From Candidatus Sericytochromatia bacterium (GTDB lineage Bacteria > Cyanobacteriota > Sericytochromatia > S15B-MN24 > UBA4093), in the NCBI GenBank assembly GCA_036676985.1, contig JAKFBU010000026.1, positions 257,265 to 321,264 of the forward strand: a stretch of DNA of 64,000 nt, in the 5' to 3' direction. This document shows, one piece after another, positions 39,809 to 47,783 of the stretch. The notes beneath the pieces are model-generated. The model saw only the letters and a list, made by a program, of their open reading frames with translations. It was not told the origin of the DNA and did not search any database. Numbering within the stretch: position 1 is the first letter of the stretch; each line of letters begins with the position of its first letter. The position numbers and the translations under genes were made by a program.

Positions 39809-40696
39809 ATGAGGGCCGCCTGCTCGAAGCCCATGAGAGACCAGCCCCCCGCGCGAACGTCCGACTCACCCGATCGCCCCTCCCTGTTCTCCGCGGAGGA
39901 CCTGGGGGAGTTCAAGCGGCGCGTGGCCCCCCTGGTCGGCTTCAACCTCGCGGGCTTCAAGCCGAGGCAGCTGGAGCGGCGCCTGAACGCGCTCATGATC
40001 CAGGCGGGGGTCTCGGGCCTGGCCGAGTACTTCGCCTACCTGGTGGCCGAGCCCGGCCGCATGCAGCGCCTGGTCAACGGCCTCACCATCAACGTCTCCG
40101 AGTTCTTCCGGGATCCGGAGCGCTTCGAGGCCCTCGAGACCATCGTCCTGCCCGAGCTGCTGTCTCGGTTCGACCGCCTGCGGATCTGGAGCGCGGGCTG
40201 CAGCATGGGGGCCGAGCTCTACTCGGTCGGCATGCTCCTGGACGAGCTGGGGGCCCTCGACCGTTGCGAGCTCGTGGGCACGGACCTGGACAGCCAGATC
40301 CTGCAACGGGCCCGCGAGGGACTTTACCAGCCCAGCGAGGTCCGGGAGCTGTCGATCGCGCGGTTCGAGCGGTACTTCGAGCCGGAGGACGGTCAGTTTC
40401 GCTTCAAAGGGGAGCACATCCGGGCCCGCTGCCAGTTCGGAGTGCAGAACCTCTTCACGGACTCCTTCGAGTCGGGCTGGCACCTCATCCTGTGCCGCAA
40501 CGTCGTCATCTACTTCAACGACGGACAGAAGCAGCAGCTCTTCCGGTCCTTCCACCAGGCGCTGGAGCCGGGCGGCGTCTACTTCGTGGGGCGTAGCGAG
40601 CGCATCCTCGAGTACCAGAAGTTCGGCTATCGGATGCTGGCTCCCTATTGCTACCAGCGAGCTACGGAGCGATCTGCCACCAGATCTCGCAATTGA
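39809..40696 (+). CDS. cheR: protein-glutamate methyltransferase CheR
   Basis: TINVSEFFRD, IWSAGCS.G.E.YS, CRNVVIYF; start may be the downstream ATG. Confidence 0.93.
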   Translation: MRAACSKPMRDQPPARTSDSPDRPSLFSAEDLGEFKRRVAPLVGFNLAGFKPRQLERRLNALMIQAGVSGLAEYFAYLVAEPGRMQRLVNGLTINVSEFFRDPERFEALETIVLPELLSRFDRLRIWSAGCSMGAELYSVGMLLDELGALDRCELVGTDLDSQILQRAREGLYQPSEVRELSIARFERYFEPEDGQFRFKGEHIRARCQFGVQNLFTDSFESGWHLILCRNVVIYFNDGQKQQLFRSFHQALEPGGVYFVGRSERILEYQKFGYRMLAPYCYQRATERSATRSRN

Positions 40697-40850
40697 CGCA
40701 CAGCCACCACCCCTCTTTGAGGTTCACGCCTCGCTTCAGGGGCTCGTAGTAGCAGGTCGGGCAGCAGCCGGTCTCTTCGAAGTGCGGCTTCTGCGCGGGT
40801 TCCATGTTCCGGTGCAGCATGGGGCCCTCATGGCAGATATACACCGTCAT
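40662..40850 (-). CDS. about 62-aa zinc-ribbon microprotein
   Basis: GCCPTC...WWLCVNCEIWW at the end of a shadow ORF; lies just downstream of anmK-murQ. Confidence 0.5.
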   Translation of the reverse strand: MTVYICHEGPMLHRNMEPAQKPHFEETGCCPTCYYEPLKRGVNLKEGWWLCVNCEIWWQIAP

Positions 40851-40873
40851 TGAACGGTTTTGTCGGCCGTATG

Positions 40874-42940
40874 TCAAGCCGTCGGGTCCCCGACGACCCG
40901 GCGCAGGAAGCCGCGGGCCGCGGTAAGGCGGGCCTCCGCCTCTTGAGCATCGATGCGGCAGCGGGCCATCACGACGGCCACCTTCACCCGGCCACCGGCC
41001 GCCTCCAGGAGTCCCTCGGCGGTCGCGGCATCCACCCGTCCCAGCTCCCGGACCATTCCGAGGGCCCGCTGTTTCAGCTTGGCGTTGGAGACGGTCACAT
41101 CGACCATGCGGTTGCCGTAGACCTTGCCGAGCCGCACCATGGCCACCGTCGAGATCATGTTGAGGGCGAGCTTGGTGACCGTGCCCGCCTTGAGGCGGGT
41201 CGAGCCCGTGAGCACCTCGGGCCCCACCACCAGCTCGACGAGCGTGTCGACGTAGGGCGGGCGATCGCCCAGCGGGTTGCACGTCAAAAGCGCCGTCCGC
41301 GCCCCGTGGGAGTGGGCATGGGCGAGGGCCCCGTGCACGTACGGCGTCCGGCCGCTCGCGGCGATGCCGACCACCACGTCCCGTTCCGAGATCCCGCGCG
41401 CGTCGAGGTCCGTTGCCCCGGCGAGCCGGTCGTCCTCCGCCCCCTCGACGGCCTTCAAGAGGGCCCGGTCGCCACCCGCGATGAGGCCCTGGACCCATTC
41501 CGGGGGCGTGGAGAACGTGGGCGGGCACTCGGCCGCATCCAGGACGCCCAGCCGGCCGCTCGTGCCCGCTCCGACGTAGAACAGCCGCCCACCGTTGCCG
41601 AGGGCCTCGGCCACGTCCGAGACGACGGCCGCAAGCTCCGGCCGGGCCCGCCGGACGGCCGCGAGCACCCGCTCGTCCTCCTCGTTCATGACGTCGAGGA
41701 TGGCGAGGGTGTCCATGGCGTCCAGGTCCAGGGTCTGCGGGTTCGGGCGCTCGGTGACGCTGCCTACGGGCAGCGGGCGTTCCAGGCGCAGCCCCGCGAA
41801 GTTGCGTCCCGGGGCGATCTTGCCGAGCACCAGGGTTTCGCGGGCGCCCGTGGCCGCGGGGGCATGGTTCGTGAGCCCGCGGGCGGCCTGGTAGGCGAAG
41901 AGGGCGAAGGCGAGCGCCTCCTTTGCATCCGACGAGACGCCCCGGGCCTCGAGGTCCGTGACCTCGGCGGGCAGGAGGGCGTCTCGCAGCATGCCCATGA
42001 GGACGGGGTTCCGGGCTCCGCCTCCGCTCACGACCACCCGTGCGGGCCGCAGGCGGGGCGGCGTCCAGGCGCGCAGGGCCTGAGCCACCGCGTGCGCCGT
42101 GAAGGCCGTGGCGGTAGCCACCAGGTCCTCGGGGGGGATGCCCCGGGCGATCGCCGCGTCATAGCGCTCGTCGGCGTAGGCATGCCCGAACTCCTCGCGC
42201 CCGGTGGACTTGGGCGGCGCCTGGAGCAGGAAGGGATGGGCGAGCCACTCGTCCAGAAGCTCTGGCCGCACGTGGCCCCGAGCGGCGATCCGGCCGTCCT
42301 CGTCGTAGCGCCGGGCGCCCCGGGTCATGCGCTCGACGAAGCGATCGACGACCATGTTGCCGGGCCCCGTGTCGAAGGCCATGAGCTCCGAGGCGACCGG
42401 CGAGAGGAGCGAGACATTGGCGATGCCGCCCAGGTTCAGGAGGGCGACGGGGCGCTCGGGATCGGAGAACAGCGTCCGGTCGGCGTAGGGCACGAGCGGC
42501 GCCCCCTGGCCGCCCGCCGCCATGTCGGCCGGCCGGAAGTCGTGGATGGTCGTGATGCCCGTCCGCACGGCGATGACCGAGCCGTCGCCGAGCTGCATGG
42601 TGGCAGGGTGCGGCCCTTTGGGCAGGTGGAAGATCGTCTGGCCGTGCGAGCCGATGAGGTCCACGTCCTCGGGCGAACGTCCGCTCTCTTCGATCAGGCG
42701 CAGGGCTCCTGCGGCGAACCACTCGCCGAGCCAGGCGTCGAGCGCGCAGAGCTGGTCGACGCGGCTCGTCTCGGGGGCCATCTGCTGGAGGACCGCCGCC
42801 TTGAGGTCGTCGGGGAACGGGTAGGTGGCAAAGGCCTCGATCTCGAAGCGCACGTGCCCGCCCTCGTCCCAGAACCGGGCGAGGCAGGCGTCGAGGCCGT
42901 CGAGGGAGGTCCCGGACATCAGACCGAGCACGCGTCGCAC
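40874..42940 (-). CDS. anmK-murQ: fused anhydro-MurNAc kinase / MurNAc-6-P etherase
   Basis: GLMSGTSLDG, SHGQT, GGQGAPLVP, NLGGIAN, then TERPNP, GAGTSGRLG, GPEVLTGSTRLKAGT in one ORF. Confidence 0.92.
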   Translation of the reverse strand: MRRVLGLMSGTSLDGLDACLARFWDEGGHVRFEIEAFATYPFPDDLKAAVLQQMAPETSRVDQLCALDAWLGEWFAAGALRLIEESGRSPEDVDLIGSHGQTIFHLPKGPHPATMQLGDGSVIAVRTGITTIHDFRPADMAAGGQGAPLVPYADRTLFSDPERPVALLNLGGIANVSLLSPVASELMAFDTGPGNMVVDRFVERMTRGARRYDEDGRIAARGHVRPELLDEWLAHPFLLQAPPKSTGREEFGHAYADERYDAAIARGIPPEDLVATATAFTAHAVAQALRAWTPPRLRPARVVVSGGGARNPVLMGMLRDALLPAEVTDLEARGVSSDAKEALAFALFAYQAARGLTNHAPAATGARETLVLGKIAPGRNFAGLRLERPLPVGSVTERPNPQTLDLDAMDTLAILDVMNEEDERVLAAVRRARPELAAVVSDVAEALGNGGRLFYVGAGTSGRLGVLDAAECPPTFSTPPEWVQGLIAGGDRALLKAVEGAEDDRLAGATDLDARGISERDVVVGIAASGRTPYVHGALAHAHSHGARTALLTCNPLGDRPPYVDTLVELVVGPEVLTGSTRLKAGTVTKLALNMISTVAMVRLGKVYGNRMVDVTVSNAKLKQRALGMVRELGRVDAATAEGLLEAAGGRVKVAVVMARCRIDAQEAEARLTAARGFLRRVVGDPTA

Positions 42941-43031
42941 GCGGATCTCCTGGGGATGATCCCCGCGCCGCGGGAGGCGGGGGGTGGTGGGGAGGCAAAA
43001 ATTTCGTCCCGAACAGTCTAGCAGGATCGAA

Positions 43032-43060
43032 GGTTAAGGATGCTATACTAAACCTTAACC
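43032..43060 (+). promoter_or_regulatory. extended -10 promoter inside an 8-bp inverted repeat, upstream of tnpB
   Basis: GGTTAAGG-a-TGcTATACT-aaa-CCTTAACC. Confidence 0.6.
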
Positions 43061-43174
43061 AGAGCATCTGACGAAACCAGGCATGTAAAATCTGTGGCCG
43101 CCAGCCGGCGGCTTGAAGGAACAGTTCCGTCAGACGCTCTGCCCCTCCTCGTCGAGGGGTCATGGGAGAGACAC

Positions 43175-44986
43175 GTGGCACGGACGATCACCGTCGAACT
43201 GCACGCTCCGACGCTTGCCAAGCGGCAGGCCTTCCGGGACATGCAGGTCGAGTTCAACCGGATCGCCAACGAGCTCGCGACGAGCGTCGTCCGCAACTCG
43301 CTCGACGCCGTCTCTGCCGTCTCTCCGAGCAAGGAGCTCACGCGCTCCACCTTCGACGCCATGAGCGCGCTCTTCCCGTCGGGGCTCAACCACCCGGTCC
43401 TGCGCATGATCCAGGGCCAGATCAAGGCCGCGCGCTCGCGCGCCGATCGCTCGCCCCTGCCGCGCTTCAAGCCTTACGCGCCGGTGGTCTTCGGCGAGCA
43501 CGACTGGAAGCTCACCTGCATCGAGGGCCGCTGGAAGCTCACCATCCCCGTCATGGGCCGCTCGATCTCGGTGCCCGTGCTCGTCCCGACCGCCCAGGTC
43601 GAGGCCCTCCATCGCCTCATCTCCGCGGGCATCCCCCTGGAGGGGCGCCTGTACCAGCGCGGCGGCCGCTGGTTCTTCGCGGCGAGCTTCCTCAACGAGG
43701 TGCCCGTCCCCAAGCTCCATCAAGAGGCCATCGGCGTGGACCTCGGCCGCAAGCTGCGCGCGGTCGCCGTCGAGCCCCGGTCCAACCGGCGCCTGGTGCT
43801 CTCGGGCAAGGCCCACGAGCACCGACTGCGGCGCTACGACGACCTGGTCGCCAAGCTCGAGCGGGCGGGCGCCAGGCGCGCCATGCGGCGGGTCGCCCTC
43901 AAGCGCGATCGCTACGCCGAGCACGCCGACCGCACGGTCGCCAACGCCATCGTGGCCTTCGCCCGAGCGGAAAGGCACCCGCTCCTCAAGTTCGAACAGC
44001 TCTCCTCCCAAACGGCCCCGGGTTCCGCCCGCGAGGTCGAGTCCTACCGCCGCATCCAGCGGCTGGTGTCCCGTAAAGCCGAGCGATACGGGATCCCGGT
44101 CATGGCGGTCAACGGGTTCGAGTCCTCGCAGCGGTGCTACGCCTGCGGGTCCGTTCAGCCGGGCAACCGGCGCGATCGCGCATACCGGTGCGCGTGCGGC
44201 TACCATGCCCACGCGGACCTCAACGCGGCGCGCAACATTGCCCAAACGGCCATCTGGTCGGAAACGATCCAGCTGGCCTCCGGCGAGTACAACCTCGCCG
44301 GAGAGGCCGTCGGCACGGCTGCATCTCAGGTGGCCGGTCTGCTCAAGGGTCAGACCGAGCGCATGAGAAGCGCGATCGTCTCGGTTTCCGAGGCCGTCAC
44401 GCATGCCTCGCTTCCCACTCCTCCAACCCTTACATCCACACTTACTGCATACCGATTGGAGGGTACAGAAATGGCTAGCTTGGTTAAGGATCTCACGGAG
44501 ACCAGCACGAAGTTCATCACCGGTTCGCTCGACAACCTCAAGACCTACGTCGATCGCACCTCGGAAGAGGTGTCGCGCGTGGACGTCGTTGGCGTGACCC
44601 GCCGCGTCGTCGACACGACGATCGACAACACGAAGAAGGTCGTGAAGCTCACGGCTGAGCCCAACGGGCTCGACTTCTTCGGCAAGGCCAAGGCGGTTGC
44701 GGACGGCACCCTCGATGCCGCCAAGGAAGTCGTCACGACGGTTTCCGAGGAGGGCAAGAAGGCCGATGTCTTCGGCGTGGGCACCCGTCTGGCGATGGAG
44801 GGCATCGCGTCCCTTCGCAACCAGGTGGACCTGACCCTGGAGACCACCAAGAGCGTGACCAACCGCCTCATGCCCATTGCGACGAGCAAGAAGCCCGTGG
44901 CGACCCGCGCTCCCCAGGTCACTCGCGTCGAGATCGAGCAGGAGAAGCCGGCGGCGTCCACGTCGTCCAGCAAGTCCTCCAAGTAG
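43175..44986 (+). CDS. tnpB: TnpB/Cas12f-like RuvC nuclease, open in frame into a phasin-like domain
   Basis: GTG 43175 behind GGGAGAG; IGVDLG, LKFEQL, SQRCYACG..CACG, HADLNAARNI; no stop until 44986. Confidence 0.85.
   Translation: MARTITVELHAPTLAKRQAFRDMQVEFNRIANELATSVVRNSLDAVSAVSPSKELTRSTFDAMSALFPSGLNHPVLRMIQGQIKAARSRADRSPLPRFKPYAPVVFGEHDWKLTCIEGRWKLTIPVMGRSISVPVLVPTAQVEALHRLISAGIPLEGRLYQRGGRWFFAASFLNEVPVPKLHQEAIGVDLGRKLRAVAVEPRSNRRLVLSGKAHEHRLRRYDDLVAKLERAGARRAMRRVALKRDRYAEHADRTVANAIVAFARAERHPLLKFEQLSSQTAPGSAREVESYRRIQRLVSRKAERYGIPVMAVNGFESSQRCYACGSVQPGNRRDRAYRCACGYHAHADLNAARNIAQTAIWSETIQLASGEYNLAGEAVGTAASQVAGLLKGQTERMRSAIVSVSEAVTHASLPTPPTLTSTLTAYRLEGTEMASLVKDLTETSTKFITGSLDNLKTYVDRTSEEVSRVDVVGVTRRVVDTTIDNTKKVVKLTAEPNGLDFFGKAKAVADGTLDAAKEVVTTVSEEGKKADVFGVGTRLAMEGIASLRNQVDLTLETTKSVTNRLMPIATSKKPVATRAPQVTRVEIEQEKPAASTSSSKSSK
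44240..44420 (+). ncRNA. candidate omegaRNA scaffold plus guide
   Basis: Hairpins GGCCTCCGGCGAG/CTCGCCGGAGAGGCC, CGGTCTG/CAGACCG and CTCGG/CCGAG ending at GTCAC (44400), directly after RuvC-III. Confidence 0.45.
44471..44986 (+). CDS. phasin/apolipoprotein-like amphipathic repeat protein (internal start)
   Basis: GGAGGG RBS then ATG 44471; about 30-aa helical repeats; VTRVEIE plus S/K tail. Confidence 0.7.
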   Translation: MASLVKDLTETSTKFITGSLDNLKTYVDRTSEEVSRVDVVGVTRRVVDTTIDNTKKVVKLTAEPNGLDFFGKAKAVADGTLDAAKEVVTTVSEEGKKADVFGVGTRLAMEGIASLRNQVDLTLETTKSVTNRLMPIATSKKPVATRAPQVTRVEIEQEKPAASTSSSKSSK

Positions 44987-45001
44987 TCCTTTCCGGGACT
45001 T

Positions 45002-45030
45002 GGGGCGGCCCTTCGGGGCCGCCCCTTTTT
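45002..45030 (+). terminator. intrinsic terminator
   Basis: GGGGCGGCCC-TTCG-GGGCCGCCCC-TTTTT. Confidence 0.9.
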
Positions 45031-45080
45031 GTTGTCCTGGGTGCTGATGGTCCCGTTAAGGCGCCATACGTGTCAAATGA

Positions 45081-45255
45081 GACCTTGGGCGTGTTCAGCT
45101 TGCAGCGCTTCGGCCCCGCCATGCAGTGAGATGCAGCGTAGGCTTTTAACCTCATTACTGGTTAGGTATTGAAACAGCCTCGTTGGCGGTGGTAGAGGGC
45201 TTTCGGCTGGATCAGGAAGGCGTTACGGTGCAGCCGATCGCCAAGCCCAGGGTTA
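45081..45255 (+). ncRNA. ssrS: probable 6S RNA
   Basis: About 175-nt rod: ACCTTGGGC/GCCCAGGGT closing stem, 5' GTGTTC, inner CCGCCA/TGGCGG and AGGCT/AGCCT stems with asymmetric bubbles. Confidence 0.6.
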
Positions 45256-45287
45256 ACAGTCTTCCTATTCGGGGCTCCGTTTAGGTA

Positions 45288-45560
45288 TCAGCTTTTCTGC
45301 TTCTCGAAGACGTTTTGCAGCAGGATCGTGGCGATCACTCCAATAGCTAGCCCGCTAGTTGCCAGTGCGATCGGCTTCCCAACGAGGTTGGTGAGCGAGT
45401 TCGCGAGGGTCGCGGCAAATGCCGCAGCCAGAATGGCCATGGACCGCCTACGTGAGAGCAGTGGCCGGCTTTGGAATTGAACGGCCACAAAGAGGAAAAC
45501 TCCCATGAGGAGGAGAAATGGCCATAACAGGTAGTTGATTTGCATTGGCGATCCATTCAA
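45288..45560 (-). CDS. small three-TM membrane protein
   Basis: Hydrophobic ORF in a lower-GC patch. Confidence 0.55.
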   Translation of the reverse strand: MNGSPMQINYLLWPFLLLMGVFLFVAVQFQSRPLLSRRRSMAILAAAFAATLANSLTNLVGKPIALATSGLAIGVIATILLQNVFEKQKS

Positions 45561-45787
45561 GGGCTCTTTGGTTCGGGTGGATCCCCGCCAGAGAATCGTC
45601 CCATAACGCTAGGCGTTAGCAGTTCACGTACGTGCCAAAGTTGAGGGTGATATTATTATACATCATGGATTCAATGAAATTGGTGTAGCTTGTCGTGCTG
45701 CAGCACCTTCAAGTAAGTGCTCCATGTAGGACTTTCAGGAACTTGGGTCGGGGCCACTGGCCCGCCCCCATTCATTCCCGGCCGGGC

Positions 45788-46210
45788 TCATTGGCCGGAT
45801 GGCTCGAGCACTGGACGCTGGGCGATGGTCGCCCCGAACTCCTTGCCCTCCACATAGCCCACAAACGCGACGGCCACCATCTGGCCCGGTACCACGTCGA
45901 CGTAGCGGTTCGGATCCCTACGGTCGACCATCCGAGGCTGCAAGACGAAGCTGAAGGTCCCCGGATCCGTCGTCGCCTCTCCCAAGTCGAGCATGGCCTC
46001 CGGCCGTGCATCCACGTCGCCGAACAGGATCCGGTGCTGCCGGTTGCTTCCGAGGTAGCGATAGGAGACGTGGACGGTGTCGCCCAGGTGCAAAGAGGTG
46101 GGCTCGATGTTGACCTCGAAGGGCCGCGCCGTCGGATCGCTCGACGCCGCCCCAAAGTGGCACGCGCTGACGAGCGCCGTGACGCCGATGAGGATGCCCC
46201 AGGGCCTCAC
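45788..46210 (-). CDS. hypothetical lipoprotein
   Basis: Lipobox VSAC; GTGA overlap with the upstream ORF. Confidence 0.6.
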   Translation of the reverse strand: MRPWGILIGVTALVSACHFGAASSDPTARPFEVNIEPTSLHLGDTVHVSYRYLGSNRQHRILFGDVDARPEAMLDLGEATTDPGTFSFVLQPRMVDRRDPNRYVDVVPGQMVAVAFVGYVEGKEFGATIAQRPVLEPSGQ

Positions 46211-46509
46211 GCGTGGTCACCTTGCGTCCAGTTGAGCAGCACGATCCATCCGGCCAAGAGGCTGACGACCAGACTGGTCCCAACGGGCGAAAAGGCCAGC
46301 CGGGCCAAGCTCGCCTCGATGAGTTGGAACGGGAACAGCAAGCCGACGCCAAGTTGAAGCACGAGAAACGCCACGAGCCCGTACTTGGCGGCCAACGGGA
46401 CGCGTGGCTGGAAGTCGCCATTCATGAGGCCCTTCCATCCTCTCAGGTGAACGGTGCGTGCCAGGGCCACCAAAGCAACCACGAGGGGCAGTGCCAGGAT
46501 CGCTTCCAT
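46207..46509 (-). CDS. small three-TM membrane protein
   Basis: AGGAG RBS before ATG 46509; three hydrophobic segments. Confidence 0.6.
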   Translation of the reverse strand: MEAILALPLVVALVALARTVHLRGWKGLMNGDFQPRVPLAAKYGLVAFLVLQLGVGLLFPFQLIEASLARLAFSPVGTSLVVSLLAGWIVLLNWTQGDHA

Positions 46510-46563
46510 CTCCTGACTCCTCGCGCTCGCTCTAACCCCCACTACTAGATCCGGCCCAGCAGA

Positions 46564-47715
46564 CTACAGCATGTGCTCCAGCATGCCCGTCAGGTCCAGC
46601 GACTTGCTCGCCTGGCCCGTGAGCTGGTAGGTGCCGAGCCACTTGCCCGTCTTCTGGTTGATGGTGCCCGCGAACGTCCCGATCTTGGCTCCCGTGGCGT
46701 CCTTGAGGTCGCCCGAGGTCGCGGCTTGACGGCTGGCGACGTTGCAGTCGAAGCGCGTGATCTCGATGGCGGCCTCCACTTGATCCGTGGCGGACTTCTT
46801 GGTGATCGTGACCGAACCCGAGGCGGCCAGCGGGAACTCCTGGTTGAGCCCGAAGGTCATGGCGATCCCCGTCTTGAGCGCGAGCTTGCCCTTGCTCGGC
46901 CCGAGGCTGACCGAGCCATCGAAGTAACGTTGCTGGAGAGCGGCGTTGCCGGCACGACCGCGCGTGAGGTCGATGTCCTCGCCGGTGGGCAACTCGCCCT
47001 TGATGCTGACGACCTCGGCGGTCTTGGCGCCCCGGTGGTCGATCTTCTGCTGCAGCGTGAGGCCGGTGCCCGGCTCGAAGGTGTCGTACGCGATGATGTT
47101 GACCGAGCGGCTAGCCCCCGTCGTCGGCTCGTGATAGACCACCACCACCTTCAGATCCTCGGTGGCCGACTTGGTCTGGAGGCCGACCGTCGCGTACTTG
47201 CCGACCGGGCGACGGGTCGAGGTGCCCACCTGCCGGAAGTCGACGAGGCTGACGCTGTACTTGTCCGTCTCCTGTTGGACGTTCAACTGCCGCGCCGATA
47301 CGCCCCGCTCCACTTCCTCGCCCTCGACGCTCGAGGTCTTGTAGTTGGCGACCTTGCTGATGCTCCACTTCCCGTTGGCGAAGCTCATGTCCTCGGCGGT
47401 GATGGTGAAGGACGTGAGGTACGGGCCGTCCGCCTCGGTCTCGATGGCGCCCACCTGCTGGATCCGGTAGGGGGCCACGGTGGTCAGGGGGGCCACGGTC
47501 GTCAGGCCAGAGCTACGCGCGTCGCTCGTCATGCCCGCCGCCTGCTGCAGGGAGGCCGAGCCCTTGGCGAGGTCCGCGAAGGGATCGACCACGCCGGCCG
47601 TGATGGTGCCGGGCGAAGGGTTCGTCGGAGCGCCGGCGTCGGTGCACCCGGCAAGGGCCACGGTCGCGCCCAACAAGGTTCCTAGGGCGAGCGAGCGGAG
47701 CGACGGATGGTGCAT
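46564..47715 (-). CDS. hypothetical beta-rich lipoprotein
   Basis: GAGGAG RBS, lipobox LAGC; shares LTTVAPL with 36571-37764. Confidence 0.8.
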   Translation of the reverse strand: MHHPSLRSLALGTLLGATVALAGCTDAGAPTNPSPGTITAGVVDPFADLAKGSASLQQAAGMTSDARSSGLTTVAPLTTVAPYRIQQVGAIETEADGPYLTSFTITAEDMSFANGKWSISKVANYKTSSVEGEEVERGVSARQLNVQQETDKYSVSLVDFRQVGTSTRRPVGKYATVGLQTKSATEDLKVVVVYHEPTTGASRSVNIIAYDTFEPGTGLTLQQKIDHRGAKTAEVVSIKGELPTGEDIDLTRGRAGNAALQQRYFDGSVSLGPSKGKLALKTGIAMTFGLNQEFPLAASGSVTITKKSATDQVEAAIEITRFDCNVASRQAATSGDLKDATGAKIGTFAGTINQKTGKWLGTYQLTGQASKSLDLTGMLEHML

Positions 47716-47783
47716 GAAGGTCTCCTCTGCGACGGTGGACTTCATACTTATTCCCTTGGGACGGTCGCCTAATCGCTTGCCGC

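Noticed and set aside
43175-44240. Nuclease-dead TldR call
   Set aside because: All three RuvC acidic residues appear present, though activity is untested
42940-46560. CRISPR array or cas genes near the TnpB/Cas12f-like gene
   Set aside because: No regularly spaced direct repeats and no cas1/cas2-like ORFs seen
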